From Saccostrea echinata (taxonomy: Eukaryota), in contig NW_026889809.1 of assembly GCF_033153115.1 (NCBI RefSeq), forward strand, positions 5,456,001 through 5,520,000: a DNA stretch of 64,000 nucleotides, read 5' to 3'. Below the pieces are notes generated by a model that saw nothing but the letters and a program-made list of their open reading frames with translations, was not told where the DNA came from and searched no databases. Position 1 is the stretch's first letter. Each line of letters opens with the position of its first letter. The position numbers and the translations under genes are program-made. Positions 40,601 through 51,191 of the stretch are shown here, piece by piece.

Positions 40601-41434
40601 CTCAAACTAAGGAACAATCCAGGACTTCGTCTCTCTTTACTACAACAGATGGTCCTGTATCACTATCCCGGCAACAAACAACATCATTCCGTACTGTCCC
40701 CACTGATCAGACACAAACCCGTCAACAAGCTACAACGCCTTCCTATATTGCCACTACAGGCCGCACATCATCAAAAATTCAGCACCAAACAACTACGGAT
40801 CTCACTTCGTTACAAACTCACCAAAATACAGCAACTTTGTCATCTGTTACCACAACAGATGGCACACGAACAAGCCATCAGCAGACATCAATGTTGCCCA
40901 ATGTTGCTTCTACAAATGGCTCAGTATCTCAAGTAGAAAAACAGATAACATCATCCCCTGTTGCAACAACAAATGGCGCACTTTCTCAAGTTCAACAACA
41001 GACAACAACATCGCACCATACTGTCACCACGAATGACTCAATATCACAGGCTCAACAACAGTCTACCGCACAAACCCAAACGACAACCGCTTGTGGACGT
41101 GAGTTATACTCTAGGAAATATTACCCGTTTTTATTTTCGACCAAACATATTTGAAACGCTCAGTCCTTTAAAAAAATGAATTTTTCACAATAAATTAATG
41201 CAACTTTTTAAAATAAAGTGAGTATTATTAAATTTAACAACCAAAGAAGGGTTGTTGAATTTTCAACGCATCCAGTATACTTTTTAATGTACATTTACTC
41301 ATTATTACCCTTTATTTTCAGCTCCTGACACTTGTCCATTTCCGGCTTGGGATTCTGGAAGCACAACTATGACGTCACACTATCTTCTAATTCCTTTAGG
41401 AGTTCTATTAGCATTTATTTTCTCATATTTATAG
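16615..41434 (+). CDS. Giant multi-domain GH18 chitinase: signal peptide + 9 x GH18 catalytic domains + 2 x CBM14 + Ser/Thr stalk + GPI-type C-terminus (~4171 aa, ~60 coding exons)
   Basis: Exons: 16615-16617 (ATG, least certain), 22344-22386, 22526-22705. Per unit (unit 1 coordinates, add 1892 each, +1 from within unit 8): 22856-23112, 23205-23329, 23412-23535, 23623-23808, 23947-24069, 24189-24597. Terminal exons: 39326-39671, 39760-39945, 40061-41098, 41322-41434. All phases match. Motifs per unit: [30 protein letters not shown] (intact DxDxE), [46 protein letters not shown]-terminus [19 protein letters not shown]. Confidence 0.88.
16700..19200 (+). mobile_element. Decayed non-LTR retrotransposon (LINE) ORF2 remnant in the presumed first intron of the chitinase
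   Basis: From ~17585: [36 protein letters not shown](fs)LD, later [21 protein letters not shown] (RT motifs). Many stops and frameshifts. Boundaries are approximate. Confidence 0.75.
20360..21030 (+). mobile_element. 5'-truncated L2/CR1-type LINE 3' fragment
   Basis: [56 protein letters not shown]... to [12 protein letters not shown], typical post-RT C-terminal region. Confidence 0.7.
21080..21280 (+). mobile_element. Penelope-type terminal-repeat fragment with a degenerate hammerhead-like core
   Basis: CTCCCTCATGCATAGCT...GAGCATCACTGAAGAGACATAATTTGTCGCATCTGGTGCATCAAAATTGGTACCGTATAA. CTGAAGA and the GACA/TGTC stem are present, GAAA is absent. The family is recognised from memory. Confidence 0.45.
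22537..39464 (+). repeat. Intragenic tandem array: 9 units of 1892 bp (exons and introns), >99% identical
   Basis: Domain starts at 22537, 24429, 26321, 28213, 30105, 31997, 33889, 35781 and 37674. The ORF track repeats with the same period. I found only a handful of intronic or synonymous differences by eye. Confidence 0.98.
39760..40250 (+). other. Two CBM14 (peritrophin-A type) chitin-binding domains of the chitinase
   Basis: [45 protein letters not shown] and [45 protein letters not shown]. Cys spacing and aromatic residues fit CBM14. Confidence 0.85.
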
Positions 41435-41527
41435 TTGTTTAATTGCTTTTCAAAGCTTGACGTGTCTATCACGACGCAGAACCACAATTACATAGACATG
41501 TGCTTAGTAAATTCTTTTATTAACTGT

Positions 41528-41891
41528 CACTGGTGCTTGAGGACAGGACCCCCCCCCCCCCCCAACTATAGACCCCGGGCCTTTTCGACTATTTTCTCAT
41601 AACTTATCTTTCAATGACATATTTGTGATATAATCTATACCAACAATTGGAAAATTACCTAAAGCAAACATTTTATAAAATCCACCCAACTCTCTCTATA
41701 TAAATCAACTTATATATATAGAGAAGGGTAGTAATTTTTATGAAATGTTTGTTTCAGCCAATTTTTCGAATTGATAATATAGATTATATCACAAATGTGT
41801 CATCTATATATAATTTATCAGAAAAAAAGTCGAACAGGCCCGGGGGTCTTTATGGGGGAGGGGGGGGGGATCCTGTCCTCAAGCACCTGTG
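41528..41891. mobile_element. Foldback MITE with 8-bp TSD in the chitinase 3' UTR
   Basis: TTAACTGT|CACTGGTGCTTGAGGACAGGA ... TCCTGTCCTCAAGCACCTGTG|TTAACTGT. The arms pair imperfectly almost to the centre. AATAAA follows at 41921. Confidence 0.85.
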
Positions 41892-42505
41892 TTAACTGTC
41901 TGTGATATTAGTTATTCAAAAATAAAATAATATTTAATACTTGATTCATAATCCTTCTTTATTATAACGTTAAATCACATTATAAATATTCTCTTAAGAA
42001 TAGAACATGTTTGACCAATTGTTAAGAAAAATGCTTTCAACAAAATGTATAACAATTTGTTTCATAAGTCAAAGTGCGCAAATAATTTCATCACTTATCA
42101 AAGACGTGTTTGTGACAGTTTTGCTTCGAAATAATCATAAAAGAATTTTATCTACATTTATTTATATTTTTTAATAATGAATCTGAATTCGTGCCATTTT
42201 TTGAAATTATTAGATGTATGATAAAAGGATTCTTTCCAATGGTGTTAAAATCAGTGGCTGATTCAAGGGGGGATCGGGAAACACATCTCCCCCGGTCTTT
42301 AATTTAATCCGTATTTTATTATGTAAAGTCAAATTACATAATTGGATTGGACATCAGGCATGGCCTATATGTCCTCTCCAAGAAGGTCAAGGTTACAAAT
42401 GTTAAGAATTGACAATGGTTTACAATGATGAAATAGTTCATAACAAATTACATTACTAGTAATTTCTAATGTAAACTAGAAAAGGAAGAAATGAAAAATA
42501 TAAAG

Positions 42506-42735
42506 AAGATGGGCGAACAAGGCGAGCGCAATGCCTATAGTGCGACAATCATGAAGGTGAAAACTTAAATCTCAATTATAACAAATTTTTCCTTGTTATT
42601 TTTAATAGCGGAATAAATTTTTGCCGAGAAAATTTTCCTCAGAAAAGTTTTGTTTATCATAATTTCATAAAATTTAATTGTGATTTTTACATATCTGAAG
42701 CTATAGGCATTCTGCGCGCCTTGTTCACCCATCTT
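42506..42735. mobile_element. MITE with ~35-bp imperfect TIR
   Basis: AAGATGGGCGAACAAGGCGAGCGCAATGCCTATAG ... CTATAGGCATTCTGCGCGCCTTGTTCACCCATCTT. Confidence 0.7.
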
Positions 42736-42779
42736 ATACACAAGAGTTATTACTTAGTATATATTCTCATTATATAATA

Positions 42780-43080
42780 GTCGCCCGCGTGGCGCAGTGG
42801 TTAGAGCGTCTGCTCTAGAGTCGCGGAGTAGGGAGTTGATCCTTACGTCGCGGGTTCGAATCCCACTGTGGGACGTGGAGACCGGTCCTTCGGATGAGAC
42901 CGTATAAACCGAGGCCCCGTGTCGCAGTAGGTGCTGGCACGAAAAAGATCCCTCACAGCTCAATGGCCGTAAGTGCCGAGTATAGGACAAAATTTGCAGC
43001 TCTCCACCGGGAAGTGGTGGCGTCTTTATATGAGTGAAAAATTCTCGAGAGGGACGTTAAACAACATACAAACAAACAAA
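42780..43080 (+). mobile_element. Full-length tRNA-derived SINE (Deu/Nin-like central domain)
   Basis: A box TGGCGCAGTGG (42790-42800), B box GGTTCGAATCC (42853-42863), core GGTCCTTCGGATGAGACCGTATAAACCGAGG, (CAAA)n tail. 12-bp TSD CATTATATAATA / CATTATACAATA with one mismatch. Confidence 0.88.
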
Positions 43081-43803
43081 CATTATACAATATTATGGAA
43101 AGAAAATAGAAGAGTGCAACAAACAGCAAAACTAAATAAGTAAATAAAGTGCAAAAGACACATATGGAAGGAAAAATACAAAAACAAATATTAATAATAA
43201 ATAAATAATATACATATATAAATCTAAAGTTTTAATTTTTAGAAATAAGGACAAAATCAAATCTAGCCAAAAATGGTTTACTGGTAATAATGTTTTGGAA
43301 ATTGTTGAACAATTTACATACTTGGGAATTATTTTCCATTATAATAATAAATTTGCAATAGCTAAATAAAATTGGAACAAGCAACGACACTGAATAAGTC
43401 TTTGATTTTTTAAAAACTTACAATTTTCAGTTTAACAACAAGTTAATGTGAGGTTGACCATTGTTTCACACAATACCTGCACAAAGGTCTACAAGTAACT
43501 GGGAATCCCTTTCCGCTTGAACACAGAAAATACACAGGCAATCAAAAATGATGACACAGGATCATTTAAAAATATTCATTACTACACACAGTTAATCTAT
43601 TGTTGCAGTAATATACAATTATTGCTGTCTTTGAGGTCAATATGATGATTTTGCCACCGAAGAAGTACATTATTCACCGGAATATAAATTCCATTGAAAT
43701 ATGTGTGTATAATAAAACCTAATTAACAGTTACAACTTCGTATGATGAATTGGGTAGAACTTATTTTATGTACATAGAAGCCCTGTCAAGGCAAGAAAGA
43801 AAA

Positions 43804-46603
43804 AACAAGAGGCCCAAGGGCCTTAACGGTCACCTGAGTATAATGTAATGATCCATAGATTAAAACAAAATAAGCTGATAAATAAAGCTTTGTTTTCCAA
43901 AAGCAAGAGAAATAGGATGATCAGGGATCAGAAAAATATTAATTTAGTACTCCATAACAAATCTTAAAGTTGATCTATTTATTTGCCTGTACTTTCCCCA
44001 TTTGTCACTATCCTCATGCGGACAAACAAAACAATAGTTCTAGAGCACTATTAGTTAACACAATTCACCCCCCCCCCCCCTGCACTGGCCTCTCTTGATC
44101 TTTAAAGATTATATATTGTACAAAGATATGATAATTTTGTCCCATTTTCATTTATCTATTATTTAAAAGTTTACCTGACCATTAAAAACTATGAAAGTAC
44201 TTTTGTATTAAATATTATAAAATTTCTTGTATAATTCTGTTATTCAATTGACCTTTTAAGTTACATTATTTACAGTGATTAACTATTATATGTGAATAGC
44301 AAAGGGGAATAACTTCTTTCAGTAGAAATAAATAAATTGACCAAAGGGTACAGAATTTCAAACTTTGGTAAAAACATCCCTGTTTATTACAACTTTGTAT
44401 ACTTTATTTGCCTCCTTCATGCCCAGGAGCAGAGAAGATTTTCAAGGAAATAATCAATTTTCACTATAGATTCAATATAGCCCCACGCTAACACCAATGC
44501 CCCTGACCCAGGGGCCAAGATATTCACAATTTTGGAAGCTGCACTCTTGCTCATTATAACCATGTACATAGTATGTTTCCTTAATAACAATGGGCAAAGA
44601 ACAAGATTTTCAAAGAAATAATGCATTTCTACTATATATTCAAAAGAGCCTCACCCTAACACCAAAATCCCTGACCCCGTGGCTATGTATTTTAACTTTT
44701 AAGAAAAGTTTTCCTTGCTCGTCATAACCATGCAATTAGTTTTTCTGTTAATTACCCCGGGGCAGAGAAGATTTTCAACAAAAAATTGCATTACACTATA
44801 CATTTAATAGACCCCCCCCCCCAAAACATGAACCCCTGGGGCCACAAATTTCACAATTTTGGAAGAGGCATCCTTAATCAACATAAATATGCACTTAATA
44901 GAACCCCTCCCTAACACCAGAACCACTGACCCAGGGACCAAGATATACATAATTTTGAAAGAGATGTCCTTGCTCATCATAACTATATACTTCGATTATC
45001 TGCTAAATATCTAGGAGCAGAGAAGAAGATTTTAAAAGAAATAATGCACTTTCACTATGTAATCAATAGTGCCACCCCCTCCCCTCCCTCGCAGAACCCT
45101 TCACCCTGGGGCCACAAATTTCACAATTTTGGAAGAGGCACCCTTGATCATCATAACTATATATTCGGTTTATCCGCTTAATACCTAGGAGCACAGAAGA
45201 AGATTTTTAAAGAAATAATGCACTTTCACTATATAATCAATAGAGACCCCCCTTCCCGCTGAACCCTCACCCTGGGGCCACAAATTTCACAATTTTGGAA
45301 GAGGCACTATTGATCATCATAACCATTCACTTAGTTTATCTGCTTAATATACAGAGGGAGAGAATAAGATTTTTAAAGAATTTATGCATTTTCGCTATTT
45401 GATCAATAGAGCCCCACCCTAACACCAGAACCCCTGATCCAGGGGCCAAGATATTCACAATTTTGGAAGATGTGACCTTGCTCATAATAACTATATACTT
45501 GGTTTATCTGCTAAATACCTAGGAACACAGAAGAAGATTTTTTTAAAGAAATAATGCACTTTCACAATATAATGAATAGAACCCTCCGTCCCACAGAACC
45601 CCTCACCCTGGGGCCACAAATTTCACATTGATCATCATTACCATATACCTAGTTTATCTTCTTTATATACAGTGGGAGAGAAGAAGGTTTTTAAAGAATT
45701 TATGCATTTTCACTATATAATCAATAGAGCCCCGCCCTAACACTCGAACCCCAGACCCAAGGACCATGAAATTCATAATTTTAGAAGAGGCATCCTTCTT
45801 TATTATAACTATCGACTTAATACACCGACTTAATACCCAGGAGCAGAGAAGAAGATTTTCAAAGAAGTAATGCATTTTCACTATATTACCATTAGAGCCC
45901 CGCCCTAACACCAGAACCCCTAATCCAGGGGCCATGAAATTCACAATTTTAGAAGAGGCACCCCTCCTCATCATAACTATAATTTAGTTCATCGGCTTAA
46001 TACCCAGGACCAGAGGAAAAGATTTTCAAAGAATTAATGCATTTTCACTATATTATCATTAGAGCCCCGCTCCAACACCAGTACCCCTGACCCAGGGGCC
46101 TTGAAATTCACAATTTTAAAAGAGACCCCCCCCCCTTCATCATAACTATGTACTTAGTTCGTCGGCTAAATACCCAGGAGCAGAGGAGAAGATTTTTAAA
46201 GAATTAATGCATTTTCACTATATAATCATTAGAGCCCCGCCCTAGCGCCAGAACCCCTGACCTGGGGCCATAAATTTCACAATTTTGGTAGAGGACTCAA
46301 TGCTTATTACAATCATGCAAACAGTTTGACTGCTTGATGTCCAGGAGTAAAGAAGAAGATTTTTAAAGATTGCATTAATTTTAGTGGTTTGGCCCCATCC
46401 CTCAGGCCCCAGGGGGGTAGGGACCATGAAATTCACAAACTTTGTCCCCCTTCACCCATAGATGCTATATGCCAAAATTGGTTGAAAATGGTTGTGCGGT
46501 TTCAGAAAAGAAGCTGAAAATGTTCTAATGTTAAAGCACGATGCACGCCGACGGAGACGAAAACGGATGGCAATAGGTCACCTGAGTAAACTCAGGTGAC
46601 CTA
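43804..46603 (+). mobile_element. Helentron-associated element (HINE) carrying a ~166-180-bp satellite array
   Basis: Start AACAAGAGGCCCAAGGGCCTTAACGGTCACCTGAGT. About 12 diverged repeats (CCAGGGGCCATGAAATTCACAATTTT..AGAAGATTTT) at 44350-46450. End hairpin TAGGTCACCTGAGT-AA-ACTCAGGTGACCTA (46574-46603) matches the subterminal repeat. Confidence 0.85.
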
Positions 46604-47453
46604 CAAACCTAACAGATTTTGTCTACAATTCACAATTTTGAGCTTTATCTTAAAAACATTTTCCGGGGAGGCCCACGCCCCTCTCAACAGCCCCTCCCAT
46701 CCCCCCCCCCCCCCGGCATCTAACCCTCTACATTAACTTTTGGATCCGCAACTGAAAATTAACATCTCATATAAGAGACTGAGAACTCGTAACCTCTTTA
46801 TTTCAGTAAGCACTTACTATAGGCGAAATGACAAACGAACAAGATAAAATGATACATAGGAGGGATTATACCTGTAATTCTGTTTTGTTAGCAATCTATT
46901 TCACATCAATCAAAAGGGCTAGCGAAGCATGCAATCCATTCTACTACAATTAATTTTTTTTAAATAAATAATAATACAGTATTTCTTACAAGGAAGTGTT
47001 TAGAAAAAAATGAACATTTTAAATAGATTAATATTTATTCATTTTTTTTGGTAGAAAAATACTAAATAAGTATGAGTTTTTCATTAACTTCAAAACCTGC
47101 ATGTTTTGTAGAGTGCATAGAATTTACTTTCATTTTTCACAATATTTGTGTAACTTTGCTGTAAATGTGTAGACCATAATTAGGAGCACGTATAATTGAT
47201 TCGCTCAAGCTCTTCCAAAACTTGTTTTGTTATGTTTGCACAAGTGTTGAGATTTAAATGTTTGCGTTTTTAAAAGGACTTCTTGCTCCAATGCTCGCAA
47301 CAAGATCAGTCTTAGATCTATAAAGGGCGTACCCTTGTAAGCTTCATTCAGGATGTAATATTAGGGTTCTACCCACCTTCTGTGAATTAATGGTCACAGG
47401 ACCTCTATAAACATCTCTCTTACATTGATCCGAATTCACTTCAGGCGGTCATC

Positions 47454-50400
47454 ATGGCGGGAGGATTTCTGCTGCTGAAAACCCTCCTTGTGTTTCTGTC
47501 TTTTTTACCCGGTATGTACGATTTGTAATTACGAATCTCTGAATCGGCTTAAGTTTTGCAATTCTTGTTCAGTTTTATTGCAATATTGTAATTCCACCAT
47601 CAACAACTTAAATATTTTTATGTTGACATCTCTACCTTAGGAATTAAAGAGAATATGGGAACAATCGATTTTTAATCTGACACCAATACACATTACAAAC
47701 CGGTTCCGCGATATTGATCTGGTGCATGTTTATTTATTATTAAAGATTAGGTTGTCTATGTACACTGTCACTAATTCGTTTTCTTTAATGTGTAAAATAT
47801 GGCTGCACTGTCCTTTTCTTTCAAAATACATAACCCAACTGCTTTATCTTACTACCTGTTTATATTTCACTTTTTCTAATTATTCCTACTCCCGACTAGA
47901 TCTATAGAATTTAAATATCAGCAAAAATTGAAATGTGTCGTATGTTTAGAATGACCATTCTTCATTGATTTGAAGAGTTTATCCAAAGTTCATAGAAAAT
48001 TAAATGTAAAGATTTTATCGGAACGATTCTTTGTCCCCTATTCACGAAAACAAATTTTTAAAACATCAGATGAATTTATGATTCTGTATGAATCGGAGGC
48101 CTGGATATCCGCTATGAATGAATAAGTAAATGCGACAGGCCGTGACTACAACAACGTTTTGTCCGACAAACTACTTTATAAAACCATATCATTATTTTTA
48201 TCTCTGCAATGCCCCTAGAAATCTGAAGTCCCAGAAGTAGCTATTAATTGGTGACTATATACTGCATGTTCCATGTAATCTGAGTACGAATAAATTTCAA
48301 TCGTAACGTACTTTAAAATTCTTCACATTGTAACTGTGCATGTACCAACGTTCCAAACAAAGACGCGATTCTTTTAAAGCTCCGAAATAAAGAAAAGCAG
48401 TTTCAATGAAAGAAACTGCTAGAAACAGAGAGAATTAAATGAAACATGATAGAGAGTTCAAAATATTAAATGTTTCCCAAATTTCATTAAATTTTTTACC
48501 TATAGACGAAACAACACATAAAAGAACTATGAACGCTAAACTCTCGATTCTCGCCTACATTTTAAACTCATTTAATTCAATATAGATTGCAATTTGGCCA
48601 TTAAAACTTAACTGAGTGCAAAGAAGAGTTCATTAGTAATTGATTAATAATTTTAAAAACAGTTCATTGCTCTTATTTACAAGTCTTTCCATAAGGGGGG
48701 GGTAGAAATTTTTTTCCGTTGAAATCAGGCCTTTTTAACATCACCAGATTTTCAAATACTCATGAAAATGGATAAATGACCCCTAAATCTATCCGCATGT
48801 TTAACTTATGTAAAATTCAACAAATATAATTAACAAAGTGCCCCACTATTTTTTTTTTATTTGTAATCCCATTTGAAATTGGTAAAAGAATGGCCACTTC
48901 TGCTGTTTTTATCTGTAAACATATGTTCCCCCTTGTGAAACAACAAAAGCTTTGGTATGGATTTGAAATAACAATGTATTATCATGTTGTAAATTTTGAA
49001 TTTACTAGGGGGAGGTAAATGCAAAATTTTGCATTTACCTCCCCCTAGTAAATTCAAAATTTACAACATGATAGTATAATACCTGTAAAAAGGAATTTTT
49101 GTTTCACGGGGGGTGGGGGGGGGGGGAGATGTTTTAAAAATAACGTGCGTTTTTGTTGATTTCTATAGGGAAAAACACAAGTTTTATCAAAATTATAAAG
49201 TTATTTCTCTTTGTTTTCCCAAATAAGTTACGTTTTACGAAAATTCACATTAATATCTACATAAATATGAAAAATCATTCAATTGTGTCAATTTTTGAAA
49301 ATTGACTTGGAGGTAGACGGCAGAACAATACTATCGTTCGCAGTTCCTCGAATATGGATCAAATAATACTGATCAAATACTTGATTTTGTTCTCTTTCCC
49401 GAATGAAAAAATAACGAAGTTTTTTTTTTATGTATACAGAAACTAAAATTGGTTTTGTTTAATAATATCGCTTAATTTAAGGTAATGCAAACTAACTGCA
49501 CATTTGTTGTTAAAAATAGGTGTAGTTTCGGCAATGCATAATAATGGATGCATATTTAAAAATGGTCGGAAAAGTCACATGCATTATAAAAAAACAGGCC
49601 TTAAATTAATCTGTTCATGTTGAAGCTCCATTACATGATGCAAAAGAAGTTGGATGCAAAAATCTGTTGTTTCCAATGACTTTATATATCAATACGAATT
49701 CGCATTTCTTATATTCTCATTTAATATAGCAAGTACATGTTACAGGGTCACGTGGAGACAACTATACTCTGGGTGGACTGGTTGCTTCCTCGATTGTAAC
49801 ATTCTTTGCCTTCATCGCCATGATCGTAATGTTGGTTCTTGTTATAACCTGGTCAGTGGACTTGTTTAATGTTAGACAAAATCTGAATTAGAATTCCTCT
49901 TTCTGTACCTTTCTCAACAAATACATCCATGGTTATATTTTACTGAAAATTTCAATAATTACTATTATATTTTTCAGGAATCATTGGTTTCCAAAATACC
50001 AAGCATGGCAAGGAAAGACCAAATCACCTAGACCAATAAAACCTAAATTTGAGTTTCCTAAGCTGAATGGAGCTCAAAGTATTCCACTATCAACCAAAAC
50101 TACGCCATCGCGACCAGGGTCTCGCCCATCTACACAGCGAGGCGGTACACTAACAATGATACAAAACGGAACCTCTAAAAATGCTATATATAATTCTGTC
50201 TCTACAGGTAAAGCATTTCGAAATGCGTCTTTTATATATTTGTATGTCTTTTGACTGATTCTGTAATAATATGCTATGAAAATAAGATTCTCTTTATGAG
50301 TTTGTCGTTCTCCAATTACAGATCACTGGATACAAGAAATGTGAGTACTGGTGTACAATTACGAGCGCGGATCGTTCCTGGATCTCAATATGAAATATAA

Positions 50401-50873
50401 ACTATCTTTCAATATGAAATGTAAACTATCTTTTTTTATTTACAGTCCAACACCACGTTATGAAGAAAAGGTAGCTTTTTAAATGTGCTTTTCACATAGA
50501 ATCCTAGTTTAATGTTTGCAGTATAATTCAAACTTGAATATATATTATTTAAACTTTCCTTGTAATTTAGAGTAAACAAATAAACTTCGATGAAGAAGAC
50601 GAAGAACAGGTTATAGTAACGGAAATCGTGACAGATTCAAACACAACTCATATTCCGGTGACAACGCCACTTTCAAACCACAACCAGAATATCAGTCTTA
50701 ACGAGACTGTCAAGGCAGAGGAAATTCAGATGACATTAGAAAAACAACCTATAGAAAGTAAGGGAACGACAAACGGGGTCATGAACTTTCATTTCCAAGA
50801 CGACGATGAGGCCGTGGCAAATTTAAGCGCCAGTAGGCGGGCCCAAAACGAGGACGAATTGATACTGTATTAG
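47454..50873 (+). CDS. Uncharacterised single-pass type I membrane protein with minimal ectodomain, ~246 aa
   Basis: Exons 47454-47511, 49746-49851, 49978-50207, 50322-50340, 50446-50470 and 50571-50873, all GT-AG with consistent phases. MAGGFLLLKTLLVFLSFLPGSRG-DNYTL-GGLVASSIVTFFAFIAMIVMLVLVITW, then a basic/Pro-rich and acidic tail ending EDELILY*. TATAAAG at 47319. Confidence 0.75.
48980..49073. repeat. Perfect 94-bp palindrome with no spacer
   Basis: 48980-49026 is the exact reverse complement of 49027-49073 (centre GCAAAA|TTTTGC). Confidence 0.95.
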
Positions 50874-50952
50874 TTGAGTTTGTACAATTTATGTGAGCCA
50901 ATAAGTTTTATAACAGCATTCTGACGGAGAATGGCCTTCTGCTAACTGTAAT

Positions 50953-51191
50953 CACAGGGGCTTGCTTCTGGCGTGTAAAAAATATTTATTAAAAAAACAT
51001 ACACGATTTTCTGTTAACATAGTATATCGTGTATGTTTTTTTTAAACAAATATTTTTTTACACGCCAGGAGCAAGCCCCCGTGTAATCCGAGATTCCTCT
51101 GATTCTAACCCCTGCTTTTATATATATTTTGACATGTGCACAATATAAAAGCAGGGGTTAGAGTCAGAGGAATCTCGGATTAGCCCCTGTG
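50953..51191. mobile_element. Two abutting hairpin MITE-like elements sharing a CACAGGGGC terminus
   Basis: Hairpin 1 at 50953-51083 (CACAGGGGCTTGCTTCTGGCGTGTAAAA..TTTTACACGCCAGGAGCAAGCCCCCGTG). Hairpin 2 at 51084-51182 (TAATCCGAGATTCCTCTGA..TCAGAGGAATCTCGGATTA), followed by GCCCCTGTG. Confidence 0.75.

Noticed and set aside
42780-42870. tRNA gene
   Set aside because: A and B boxes are present but it continues into a SINE body with tail and TSD, and no clean cloverleaf is evident.
44417-46436. Minus-strand ORFs in the satellite array, and similar ORFs at 56606, 60123 and 63770
   Set aside because: Chance open frames in non-coding HINE repeats, with no Rep/helicase motifs.
49654-49869. Cys-rich 71-aa ORF
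   Set aside because: Wrong frame. The overlapping frame encodes the TM exon with matching splice phases on both sides.
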